Positions 9,161 to 17,766 of a DNA stretch of 32,000 bases are shown piece by piece. This DNA is from Dethiothermospora halolimnae. GTDB taxonomy: Bacteria > Bacillota > Clostridia > Tissierellales > VENL01. The notes beneath the pieces are model-generated. The model saw only the letters and a list, made by a program, of their open reading frames with translations, did no database searches and was not told the origin of the DNA. Location: assembly GCF_037577855.1 (NCBI RefSeq), contig NZ_JBAKFX010000018.1, positions 32,211 to 64,210 of the forward strand, given 5' to 3'. How positions within the stretch are numbered: position 1 is the stretch's first letter; each line of letters opens with the position of its first letter. The position numbers and the translations under genes were made by a program.

Positions 9161-11212
9161 ATGAAAAATATAATAGATATTATAAATTTGAATATAGAAG
9201 AAAACTCTATTAGCCCAAAGAGAATAGGAATGAAAATAGTAGGGATATATTTATTTGTTGGTGTGCTATGGGTTGGATTATCAGATAAAATTTTATCAAT
9301 GATCTTTAGTAATTTTAGTATATATGGTAAAGTACAATTATTCAAAGGGTGGCTCTTTGTTATATTAACAGCTATCTTATTATTTCAGTTGATTTATAAT
9401 AGCTTAAAAAAAATCAAGAAATTAATATATAAGGTGAATGAAAGTAATGAAGAGTTAAATACACTGAATGAAGAATTAATTGCTGTAGAAGATGAGCTGG
9501 AAGATAAAATATTAGCATTAGATGATATGAAAACTCAACTTAAAAATGAGAGGGATTTTGCCAATAACATACTAGATGGAGGTAATTTGTCCATTATCAT
9601 ATGGACCTTAGACGGAGTAGTTGTTGATATAAATCAATATACTTTGGAGTTATTAGGATACAATAGGGATGAAGTATTATACAAGAAGCTTTTTGATAGT
9701 ATTGTACCAAAGGAAGAGATGGATAGTATAAAGTATGTATTAGATAATATAGAAGAAAATAGATTTTTAAATGATTTTGAAAATAAAGTTATAGCAAAGG
9801 ATAAAACTGAATTTATATTTTTATGGAATAATAATATTATTAAAGGTACTGATAATAAAAAATATATAGCATCCTTTGGGGTAGATATAACAAAGCAAAG
9901 GCTTCAAGAAAGAAAGATATTTAATTTAGCCTATTATGACTCCTTGACAGGACTAAATAATAGGTCTAAATTAGAAAGAATGATTAATGAATATTTACAA
10001 GATGATGATATAGAAAATTTTGCAATAATATATTTTGACTTAGATAATTTCAAGAATATTAATGATACATATGGACATACTTATGGAGATAATTTATTAA
10101 AAAGTATATCACAAAAACTGCTGAAATTAACGAACGATAATATTATGTTATTTAGGTTAGGTGGAGATGAGTTTTTATATGTGTATAAAAACTATTCAAA
10201 CAAAAAAGAAGTAGATATTCTAAGAAAAAAAATAATGAATGTATTCAAAAATCAATGGAGCATAGAAAATTATGAATTTTATATAAGTATAAGTGTTGGT
10301 ATATGTTATTATCCTGAACATGGAAATACTTATACTGAGTTGTTACGTAATGCAGATACTGCGATGTATAATGCCAAAAGAAATGAAAAAGGTACCTTTA
10401 GGGTTTTTGATAAAAATATGTATTGTGAAATCAAAAATACTGTTGAACTTGAAAAGGATTTAAGAAAGGCCATATTAAATGAAGAATTTTATTTAAATTT
10501 TCAACCGATAGTAGATTTAAGTACAGGGAAAATAAGGTCATTTGAAACCTTAATTAGATGGCATCATCCCCATAAGGGATTTATACCTCCTAATAAATTT
10601 ATTGATTCAGCGGAAAAAAATGGACTTATATATATTATTGGAAATTGGGTTATAAGTGAAGTATTTAAGATTCAAAGACAGAGGAAAAAAGAGAATAAAA
10701 AGGATATTAAGATATCAATTAATCTTTCTCCAAATCAGTTGGACCATGAATCATTTATAGAATTTTTAGAAGATCAAGTAGAGGTATATGACATAGATAC
10801 AAGTTTAATTGAGTTTGAAATAACCGAGATGTCCCTTATAAAAGATTTCGATAAAGCGGTTATTAAACTTAATAAGATGAAAATTATGGGATTTAGTATA
10901 GCCCTTGATGATTTTGGAACTGGATTCTCTTCTATAAACTATTTAAGGAAGTTACCTATAGATTATATAAAAATAGATAAATCCTATATAGATAATATAC
11001 ATACTACTTTAAAGGATTTAAACTTGGTTAATATAATTATACAAATGAAAGAAATATTTAATTATAAGATTATAGCAGAGGGTATCGAATATGATAGACA
11101 GGAAACATTGTTAAAAAATCTTAGATGTGATTATGGACAAGGTTATTTGTTTTATAAGCCTATGGGGTATGACAAGCTCAATGAGATACCAGAGGAAAAT
11201 ATATGGGAATAG
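9161..11212 (+). CDS. Membrane-anchored PAS-GGDEF-EAL protein (c-di-GMP synthase/phosphodiesterase)
   Basis: Two N-terminal hydrophobic helices, a coiled-coil segment and a PAS-like region. An intact GGDEF site (RLGGDEFLYV) is present. The EAL domain has FETLIRW (EAL written as ETL), DDFGTGFSS, AEGIE and QGYLF. Confidence 0.88.
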   Translation: MKNIIDIINLNIEENSISPKRIGMKIVGIYLFVGVLWVGLSDKILSMIFSNFSIYGKVQLFKGWLFVILTAILLFQLIYNSLKKIKKLIYKVNESNEELNTLNEELIAVEDELEDKILALDDMKTQLKNERDFANNILDGGNLSIIIWTLDGVVVDINQYTLELLGYNRDEVLYKKLFDSIVPKEEMDSIKYVLDNIEENRFLNDFENKVIAKDKTEFIFLWNNNIIKGTDNKKYIASFGVDITKQRLQERKIFNLAYYDSLTGLNNRSKLERMINEYLQDDDIENFAIIYFDLDNFKNINDTYGHTYGDNLLKSISQKLLKLTNDNIMLFRLGGDEFLYVYKNYSNKKEVDILRKKIMNVFKNQWSIENYEFYISISVGICYYPEHGNTYTELLRNADTAMYNAKRNEKGTFRVFDKNMYCEIKNTVELEKDLRKAILNEEFYLNFQPIVDLSTGKIRSFETLIRWHHPHKGFIPPNKFIDSAEKNGLIYIIGNWVISEVFKIQRQRKKENKKDIKISINLSPNQLDHESFIEFLEDQVEVYDIDTSLIEFEITEMSLIKDFDKAVIKLNKMKIMGFSIALDDFGTGFSSINYLRKLPIDYIKIDKSYIDNIHTTLKDLNLVNIIIQMKEIFNYKIIAEGIEYDRQETLLKNLRCDYGQGYLFYKPMGYDKLNEIPEENIWE

Positions 11213-11662
11213 AAAGGAGATGAAAGTCTTCTTTTTTCTTGTTAATAGATATATGCTTCCTTGTATAAAGTTAATAATATATTAGCTATTTTATAGTATA
11301 AATCCAATATAAATTGTAGAAAGTTTAACAATTGTGAAAACGTTATTGTAAAACTTATTAACTAATGTTAAAATGATAATAAGAAAAATTGATACTTTCT
11401 TGGCAATGTTAACCTCTTTTATAGAATAGTTAACATTAATAAGTATCTATAAGATAACTAAATAGCTCAATATCGACCCGGCAATGGTTTATGAAAATAT
11501 GTTTATTTAGCATAAACAGGTCAAGGTATGGATGTAATTTTAAAGAAAACGTTTTTATTATAATGGTCTAATTCATTTCGTTTCCTAAAAGGATGTTTCT
11601 TTATTATGCAACCATAAATGACTTGAGTTTCTAGAAAACATTAAACTATTGGAGGGATTTTT

Positions 11663-13021
11663 TTGAGCAAAAAACAGAAAAGTAATTCGGTATTTGACTT
11701 GAATGGAAGACCGTCGGTTGGCAAAGCAATACCTTTATCAATTCAGCACGTTTTAGCTATGATAGTTGGTAACATAACCCCGGCCATTATAATTGCAGGG
11801 GTAGTTGGAATGGGGTCAGCAGATAAGACTTCCCTTGTACAGGCTGCAATGTTTGTTGCAGGAATCGCTACTTTAATTCAGTTGTATCCTATTTGGAAAG
11901 TAGGCTCAAGGTTACCTATTATTATGGGTGTAAGTTTTGCTTATGTGCCTACGTTAATTAGTTTAGGTAGTGAATATGGTATAGCAGGTATTTTTGGTGC
12001 TCAGTTAGTAGGGGGACTTGTTGGTGTTTTAGTTGGTATATTTATTAAACCTTTAAGAAAGTTTTTTCCACCTATTGTTGCAGGGACAGTTGTATTAACT
12101 ATAGGACTATCTTTATACCCAGTAGCTATTAATTATATCGGTGGTGGAGTAGGAGCTGAAAATTTTGGTTCCCTATTATATTTAGGAATAGCATTTATAA
12201 CACTGGCAGTTGTACTAGTCTGTAATCACTTTGCAAAAGGGTATTTTAAGCTAGCTTCAATATTGGTTGGTATAGTTGTTGGTTATATTATTTCTTTAAT
12301 AGCCGGTATAGTAGATTTTGCTCCAGTACGTGAAGCCGCTTGGTTTGAATTACCTAAATTTGGTCATTTCGGTATGGAATTTCATGGACCAGCTATTTTT
12401 TCTATGGTTCTTATATATATTGTTAATTCAGTTCAAGCAGTTGGAGACTTTTCAGCCACAACAGTTGGTGGTTTAGGAAGACAGGTTACAGATGATGAGT
12501 TATCAGGAGGTATAATAGGTAATGGTCTTACAAGTGTAGTTGCATCTTTCTTTGGAGGTTTACCAACAGCTACATTTAGTCAAAATGTTGGTATAGTTGC
12601 AATGACAAAGGTAGTAAGTAGATTTGTTTTAGCTTTAGGGGCAGGATTTATATTACTTGCAGGATTTATACCTAAGTTTGGAGCATTAATGACAACTATT
12701 CCCCAAAGTGTTCTTGGTGGAGCTACTATTACAGTATTTGCAATGATCACAATGACAGGGGTTAAACTTATTATTCAAGATGAATTATCGGGTAGAAATG
12801 TAACGGTTGTTGGATTAGCAGTGGCCCTTGGAATGGGAATAACTCAAGTTCCAGAAATACTATCTCAGTTTCCCCATGAAGTTACAGTTATATTTGGAAA
12901 CTCAGCGGTAGTTATAGCTACAATAGTGGCATTTGTATTAAATATAGTTTTACCTAAAAAGACTATAGCAGATGAAGAAAAAGAAAGAAAGGCAATGGAG
13001 GCAGAGCATGAAGTTGCTTAA
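11663..13021 (+). CDS. NCS2/NAT-family nucleobase permease (xanthine/uric acid type)
   Basis: About 12 hydrophobic segments. The NAT signature QNVGIVAMTK (Q-N-x-G-x4-T-K) has Q in the first position, which is associated with xanthine/urate specificity. TTG start with RBS ggaggg. Confidence 0.82.
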   Translation: MSKKQKSNSVFDLNGRPSVGKAIPLSIQHVLAMIVGNITPAIIIAGVVGMGSADKTSLVQAAMFVAGIATLIQLYPIWKVGSRLPIIMGVSFAYVPTLISLGSEYGIAGIFGAQLVGGLVGVLVGIFIKPLRKFFPPIVAGTVVLTIGLSLYPVAINYIGGGVGAENFGSLLYLGIAFITLAVVLVCNHFAKGYFKLASILVGIVVGYIISLIAGIVDFAPVREAAWFELPKFGHFGMEFHGPAIFSMVLIYIVNSVQAVGDFSATTVGGLGRQVTDDELSGGIIGNGLTSVVASFFGGLPTATFSQNVGIVAMTKVVSRFVLALGAGFILLAGFIPKFGALMTTIPQSVLGGATITVFAMITMTGVKLIIQDELSGRNVTVVGLAVALGMGITQVPEILSQFPHEVTVIFGNSAVVIATIVAFVLNIVLPKKTIADEEKERKAMEAEHEVA

Positions 13022-13024
13022 AAA

Positions 13025-13058
13025 ATGATACATGGCAAAAGCCATGTATCATTTTTTT
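13025..13058 (+). terminator. Rho-independent terminator after the permease gene
   Basis: Perfect 12-bp stem atgatacatggc / gccatgtatcat, loop aaaa, then ttttttt. Confidence 0.85.
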
Positions 13059-13072
13059 AAACTAAAAATATC

Positions 13073-13101
13073 TTGACATATTTATAACAGATTAATATAC
13101 T
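13073..13101 (+). promoter_or_regulatory. Sigma-A-type promoter of the feo operon
   Basis: TTGACA (13073-13078), 17-nt spacer, TATACT (13096-13101). Confidence 0.6.
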
Positions 13102-13139
13102 ATAGATAGTGATAACAGTTATCACTATCTATAGTATAT
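13095..13139. promoter_or_regulatory. 45-bp perfect palindrome; candidate Fur-type (iron-responsive) operator
   Basis: atatactatagatagtgataac-a-gttatcactatctatagtatat has 22-nt perfect arms. The core GTGATAAC.GTTATCAC resembles the 7-1-7 Fur box TGATAAT.ATTATCA. It overlaps the -10 element upstream of feoA. Confidence 0.55.
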
Positions 13140-13285
13140 GTGTAAGTGAAAATTTAATAAATTTACATATTGTATTTGTGATTTGAATCAATGAAATTAT
13201 TACAGATTTTTTTTAAACTAATAATGAAAATAGATTTCAAATAAAATATATTATTAATAATCAAAATGGTGAGGAGGCAAGTTTG

Positions 13286-13504
13286 ATGACATTAGGAGAT
13301 ATAAAAAATGGAGACCATATTCGCATATTAAATATACCCGATGAAAAGGTAAGAGCTCAAGCATTTAGGTTTGGGATATCGGAAGGTGCATCTGTAGTTT
13401 GTATTGAGAAAATACCCAAGGGACCAGTTATATTGAAAAAGAATCTACAGGAATTAGCTATAGGAAGAAGATTAGCCGAAAAAATAACAGTAGAAATGGT
13501 ATAG
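13286..13504 (+). CDS. feoA: Ferrous iron transport protein A
   Basis: Small SH3-like FeoA protein (MTLGDIKNGDHIRILNI...GISEGASV..) directly upstream of feoB. ATG 13286 sits 8 nt after GGAGG; the track start TTG 13283 is also possible. Confidence 0.85.
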   Translation: MTLGDIKNGDHIRILNIPDEKVRAQAFRFGISEGASVVCIEKIPKGPVILKKNLQELAIGRRLAEKITVEMV

Positions 13505-13524
13505 TTTTTTAAGGAGGTTTAAAA

Positions 13525-15378
13525 ATGGATTGTTGTAATATTAGTCATCAGATAGATATTCCAAAAGGAGCTAAAAAAATTGTTTTAACTGGAAATCCCA
13601 ATGTAGGGAAATCCATATTTTTCAATTCCTTTACGGGTGTTTACGTAGATGTTTCCAATTATCCTGGGACAACCCTTGATATAAGTTCAGGAAAATATAA
13701 TGATGATGTTGTCATTGATACTCCAGGAGTATATGGAGTTTCTTCATTTAATGATGAAGAAATAGTTGCTAGGGATGCTATTGCATCGGCTGACGTTGTA
13801 GTAAATGTTGTGGATGCAGTTCATCTAGAGCGGGATTTGTTTTTGACTCAGCAGGTTATTGATATGGGAATACCGGTTATAGTGGCATTAAATATGATGG
13901 ATGAGGCCCAGAAAAATGGATTGGATATCGACATAAAAAAATTAAGTAAAGAACTGGGAGTACCTATAATACCTACTATAGCTCCAAAGGGAGAAGGTTT
14001 AGAAGAAGTAAAGGAAAGTGTTAATAAAGCTAAAGTGGGAACCAGTAGTCTGAAGCTAGATAAGAAGATGGATGGATTAATAGCCCAAAACATAAGAAAA
14101 TCTGAAGCCATGTTAATTCTTGAGGGAGATCCCCATGTTGCGGAAAAGAACAACATTAGTCCAATGGACTTTAGGGAAGAAATTTATAAAGGCAGAAGAG
14201 AAAGAGTAAATGAAATTATAGATAAGGTTGTAAAGGAAACAAAATCAGGAAATAGCTTTAAAACTAAACTTGGAAGATTAATGGTAAAACCTATAACAGG
14301 TATACCAATGCTATTAATATCATTATATTTATTATATCAATTTGTTGGTGTGTTTATAGCCCAGACTGTAGTTGGCATAACTGAAGAAACATTTTTTATA
14401 GAAAAATATGAACCCTTTATAACAGGAATAGTTACTAAGTTTGTAGATGCAACTTCTTTAGTGGGAGAATTATTGGTAGGAGAGTTTGGTCTACTTACTA
14501 TGGCGGTTACTTATACATTTGGTTTATTACTACCCCTTGTTATAGGATTCTATTTTTTCTTAGGTTTATTAGAAGACTCGGGGTATATGCCTAGAATAGC
14601 AGCCTTAGTTGATAGAATGCTAACTAAACTTGGGTTAAATGGTAGGGCTATTATTCCTATGCTACTTGGTTTTGGCTGTGTAACTATGGCTACCATAACT
14701 ACTAGATTACTTGGTTCTAAAAGGGAAAGGATTATTGCAGTATTTTTATTAGGCCTTGCTATTCCATGTTCAGCCCAGTTAGGGGTAATAGCGGGACTTA
14801 TAGCACCTCTAGGAGCAAAATTCTTTATTATATATGTATTAGCTATATTTATTGTATATGTGTTAGCAGGTACCTTGTTAAACAAAGTTTTACCGGGAGA
14901 GTCAACTGATCTGTTAATAGATTTACCACCATTAAGATTACCTAGGTTAACCAATGTTCTTAAAAAGACATATATTAAATCTTTATCTTTTATAAAGGAA
15001 GCTGGTCCTATATTTGCAATTGGAGCTGTTGTAATAACACTAATGTCTAGATTTGGAATATTAGAAGCAATACAAGATGCTGTTGCTCCTATAACTACTG
15101 GATGGTTAGGTCTTCCTAAAGAAGCGGCAACCGCATTTATTATGGGTATAGTAAGACGTGACTTTGGTGCTGCAGGCTTAAGTGCTTTATCAATGAGTCC
15201 AGCTCAAACAGTTGTATCATTAATAACTATAACACTATTTGTACCTTGTATAGCTGCTATGATGATAATGATAAAGGAAAGAAGTTGGAAAGAATCATTA
15301 GTAATATGGTTTGGAAGTTGGATCACAGCATTTGTAACGGGAGGTATTGTAGCTAAGTTATTTCTTTTGATACCATAA
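13525..15378 (+). CDS. feoB: Ferrous iron transporter B (G-protein-coupled permease)
   Basis: N-terminal G domain with GNPNVGKS, DTPG and NMMD motifs, followed by a polytopic membrane domain. Length 617 aa. Confidence 0.93.
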   Translation: MDCCNISHQIDIPKGAKKIVLTGNPNVGKSIFFNSFTGVYVDVSNYPGTTLDISSGKYNDDVVIDTPGVYGVSSFNDEEIVARDAIASADVVVNVVDAVHLERDLFLTQQVIDMGIPVIVALNMMDEAQKNGLDIDIKKLSKELGVPIIPTIAPKGEGLEEVKESVNKAKVGTSSLKLDKKMDGLIAQNIRKSEAMLILEGDPHVAEKNNISPMDFREEIYKGRRERVNEIIDKVVKETKSGNSFKTKLGRLMVKPITGIPMLLISLYLLYQFVGVFIAQTVVGITEETFFIEKYEPFITGIVTKFVDATSLVGELLVGEFGLLTMAVTYTFGLLLPLVIGFYFFLGLLEDSGYMPRIAALVDRMLTKLGLNGRAIIPMLLGFGCVTMATITTRLLGSKRERIIAVFLLGLAIPCSAQLGVIAGLIAPLGAKFFIIYVLAIFIVYVLAGTLLNKVLPGESTDLLIDLPPLRLPRLTNVLKKTYIKSLSFIKEAGPIFAIGAVVITLMSRFGILEAIQDAVAPITTGWLGLPKEAATAFIMGIVRRDFGAAGLSALSMSPAQTVVSLITITLFVPCIAAMMIMIKERSWKESLVIWFGSWITAFVTGGIVAKLFLLIP

Positions 15379-15391
15379 AGGAGATGTTATT

Positions 15392-15532
15392 GTGGGTTGT
15401 AATACAGATAAAGGCATAAGAATATGTTCTCAATGTAAGTATGAAATAAAAGATCCTAAGGCTATAAGATGTCCAAGATGTTTTAAAATACTACTAAAAA
15501 AATGTTCGGAATGTAAAGGTTGTAGTTTTTAA
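15392..15532 (+). CDS. Small Cys-rich (zinc-ribbon-like) protein coupled to feoB
   Basis: GTG start 13 nt after the feoB stop, with aaggag upstream. The 46-aa product VGCNTDKGIRICSQCKYEIKDPKAIRCPRCFKILLKKCSECKGCSF has three CxxC pairs. It is below the ORF-track length cutoff and is followed by the operon terminator. Confidence 0.5.
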   Translation: MGCNTDKGIRICSQCKYEIKDPKAIRCPRCFKILLKKCSECKGCSF

Positions 15533-15564
15533 GAAATTTAATATAGTACGTTTTTCAATAACAT

Positions 15565-15597
15565 AAAAACATGGATATTAATATCCATGTTTTTTTA
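15565..15597 (+). terminator. Rho-independent terminator of the feo operon
   Basis: Palindrome aaaaacatggatat-ta-atatccatgttttt followed by a T-run. Confidence 0.85.
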
Positions 15598-16153
15598 TGT
15601 TATTTAATTCATAGATTTTAATCCTTTGCTGATGAACTTGAAACTAAAATACCATAATTTAAAAATTTTATGATTACAATTGTATAGAGTAAATATACAT
15701 AAGCTTAGTACGAAATTTTTACATCGTCAGGTGTAAATAACAAATGTTTTACTTTAAGTATGATATAATGACAAAATTATTCACTAAATAAAGGGTAAAT
15801 AGATATATTTGGTGAATATAATAAATAATAACAAAAAACAGTTGGATAAAGTTACTGATTAATATTTATAACTAAATATTAAAATATATAAATGAAAGGG
15901 GCGATTATAATGGGAATATTGTGAATATTGCAATAAGTTGATAAAAATACAGAGAATATAAAATGAAATTTAAAAATCCAGAAATAATTAAATGTACCAA
16001 TCGATGTAGTATTGATTATAAAGTAGGGCGACGAAGGGGGAATTCATGTTGATATGGATTTTGTCTTCGTTTGTTTTTTATTAGAATTATTATTTAGAAA
16101 ACCAGAAATATAAAAACAAATAGAAAAAATTTAAATAAGTATATGGTAATTAA

Positions 16154-16182
16154 TTGAATAATAAAATCATTAATGATATAAT
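16154..16182 (+). promoter_or_regulatory. Sigma-A promoter with extended -10 driving the tail-module regulator
   Basis: TTGAAT (16154-16159), 17-nt spacer, TG-n-TATAAT (TG 16174-16175, TATAAT 16177-16182). Confidence 0.6.
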
Positions 16183-16190
16183 ATTATTAC

Positions 16191-16204
16191 CGAACAAACG
16201 TTCG
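16191..16204. promoter_or_regulatory. LexA/DinR SOS box (Cheo box)
   Basis: CGAACAAACGTTCG matches the Firmicutes consensus CGAAC-N4-GTTCG exactly. It lies 9 nt downstream of the -10 and 160 nt upstream of the activator gene. Confidence 0.7.
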
Positions 16205-16363
16205 GAAAAAAGGAACATTTACTGAACACTTTTACTGAAGAATTAGATGTTAATATTGTATTATGAGTAAAGTATATAATTACATTTAAGTATTAATTTG
16301 AGGCTAATTATTATATATACAATTTTTATAAATAGGTTTTATTAAAAAAAGGGGGAAGTACTT

Positions 16364-16873
16364 ATGAATAAAAAGTTACTAAGGGAAGCAGACAAATGGT
16401 TAAAGGAATATAAAAAAAATAAAGAATTTTATAATTTACTGTGTGAAGATATAGAATTTGCTGAGAAAAATTTAATAGCAGAAGATAAATTAAAGGGGAT
16501 ATCCTATGATGGAATACGAGTTTCAAAGACCAATGTGGTAAGTAGACAAGTAGAAGAACAGGTTGTTAGGATATTTGAAAATTTAGAACAGAAAAAGATC
16601 TATAGAGATTCATTAGAATATGTTCTACATAGAACAGAAAAAGCTATTGAATGTCTTGGAGAAGAGGAGAGAAAGCTAATTAAATTAAGGTATTTAAATA
16701 GGGAAAGCCTTTCGTGGCAACAGGTAGCATTTAGGTTAAATAGGTCGGTTGATAATGTTAAGGGGAAACTTAAAAATAGGAGTCTAAGGGAATTTGTAAA
16801 TATATATTGGGGAAGATCTTATAAAGATTTTTTACAAGAGAACACAAGGGGGACACTTTTAAAGGAAAAATAA
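16364..16873 (+). CDS. Phage late-gene transcriptional activator, ArpU/RinA/Xpf-like (sigma-70 region-4-like HTH)
   Basis: 169 aa. The C-terminal LIKLRYLNRESLSWQQVAFRLNRSVDNVKGKLKNRSLREF resembles a sigma region 4 / ArpU-family HTH. It is the first gene of the tail module, the same position as xpf in PBSX. Confidence 0.6.
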   Translation: MNKKLLREADKWLKEYKKNKEFYNLLCEDIEFAEKNLIAEDKLKGISYDGIRVSKTNVVSRQVEEQVVRIFENLEQKKIYRDSLEYVLHRTEKAIECLGEEERKLIKLRYLNRESLSWQQVAFRLNRSVDNVKGKLKNRSLREFVNIYWGRSYKDFLQENTRGTLLKEK

Positions 16874-16930
16874 GTGTTAATATATTATTGTAAGAAGTTA
16901 TATATAAAACTTCGAGCACCCCTCCAAAGA

Positions 16931-16958
16931 GGCAGTCAGTTTATTGGCTGTCTTTTTT
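16931..16958 (+). terminator. Probable terminator/attenuator after the activator gene
   Basis: Stem ggcagtcag / ttggctgtc (with G-U pairs), loop ttta, followed by tttttt. Confidence 0.45.
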
Positions 16959-16991
16959 CTTTGGAAATTATTATTAAAAGAAGGTGTAACA

Positions 16992-17129
16992 ATGAGGAAA
17001 AAGACAAAAATCAGAAAAAGTATATTAGAAAAATCACAATGTAATAATTGTGTTTGGTTAAATCGTGTGGATGAAAAACATGTTTTATGTCCCTTTAATA
17101 ACTGTATTAAAAAATGGCTTGGTAAATAA
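16992..17129 (+). CDS. Small zinc-ribbon-like protein (45 aa)
   Basis: The internal ATG 16992 is preceded by aaggtg. The track start 16944 lies inside the terminator hairpin. The product MRKKTKIRKSILEKSQCNNCVWLNRVDEKHVLCPFNNCIKKWLGK has a CxxC...CxxxxC arrangement and a basic N-terminus. Confidence 0.4.
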   Translation: MRKKTKIRKSILEKSQCNNCVWLNRVDEKHVLCPFNNCIKKWLGK

Positions 17130-17177
17130 AAATTTTTAAAAATAAAGCTTAAACTCTGTAAAGGAGGTGACAGATCA

Positions 17178-17219
17178 ATGGATATTATAAACTTATTTTT
17201 TATTGATGAATATGGTTGA
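17178..17219 (+). CDS. 13-codon micro-ORF (MDIINLFFIDEYG) with strong SD
   Basis: aaaggaggtga lies 7 nt upstream of ATG 17178, and the stop is TGA 17217-17219. No other support. Confidence 0.2.
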   Translation: MDIINLFFIDEYG

Positions 17220-17261
17220 TTATAGCTTTTAGTAAAATATTGGCATATAGGAAGTGATTAT

Positions 17262-17720
17262 ATGATAACTGAAGAGTTAGAAAGCATAATAAGATTTATG
17301 TCTGATAGACATAAATTAAAGGTGTATAGAAACAGATTAGATAAAAAAATAATTAAGCCCTGTGTTTTTTATCCTATACCCAAAATAGAGAGTAAATACT
17401 TATCTTCATCGGAATATAGAAATGACTATATTTGGTGTATTAGGTTCTATGATGGTGTAGATAAAAAGGTGGATAAAAGCATCTATGATACTGTAATCTC
17501 TATTTACACTGATATTGTTGAAAATAAAAACTTAATACCAATTTACTATAAGGAAGAATTAACTGAAGATAGTATAACTATACAAAAGGTTGAAATTGAA
17601 GAGTTGAAAAATGAAGTTATAGTATTAAGGCTTCATTGGACTTCTTTTTATCAGTATGAAAGGGATACAGTTGATAAAATTGAGAAATTTAATTTTGATA
17701 GTGATATTAAAGATAATTGA
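17262..17720 (+). CDS. Hypothetical tail protein; possible tail terminator/completion protein (XkdJ position)
   Basis: 152 aa, immediately upstream of the sheath gene in the same orientation. The assignment rests on synteny with PBSX-like modules only. Confidence 0.4.
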   Translation: MITEELESIIRFMSDRHKLKVYRNRLDKKIIKPCVFYPIPKIESKYLSSSEYRNDYIWCIRFYDGVDKKVDKSIYDTVISIYTDIVENKNLIPIYYKEELTEDSITIQKVEIEELKNEVIVLRLHWTSFYQYERDTVDKIEKFNFDSDIKDN

Positions 17721-17766
17721 AAAAAACAAAAATAAAAGATTCATTCAAGAAAGGGGAAGATAGATA

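Noticed and set aside
10540-10560. EAL motif reads ETL (FETLIRW) in the GGDEF-EAL protein, hinting at an inactive phosphodiesterase.
   Set aside because: The catalytic Glu and the downstream DDFGTG, AEGIE and QGYLF motifs are retained. Such EAL variants are common, so this is not noteworthy without biochemical data.
11440-11660. Classical guanine/adenine riboswitch upstream of the nucleobase permease.
   Set aside because: The conserved purine-riboswitch core sequences are absent on manual inspection. Only gagtttcta at about 11625 gives a weak partial match.
15963-16052. Possible 29-aa ORF (MKFKNPEIIKCTNRCSIDYKVGRRRGNSC) in the AT-rich spacer before the tail module.
   Set aside because: It has no Shine-Dalgarno sequence and no supporting context, so it is indistinguishable from a chance ORF.
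16944-16991. Track start (16944) of the 61-aa ORF.
   Set aside because: The first 16 codons overlap the terminator hairpin and T-tract after the activator gene. The internal ATG 16992 has a proper aaggtg RBS.
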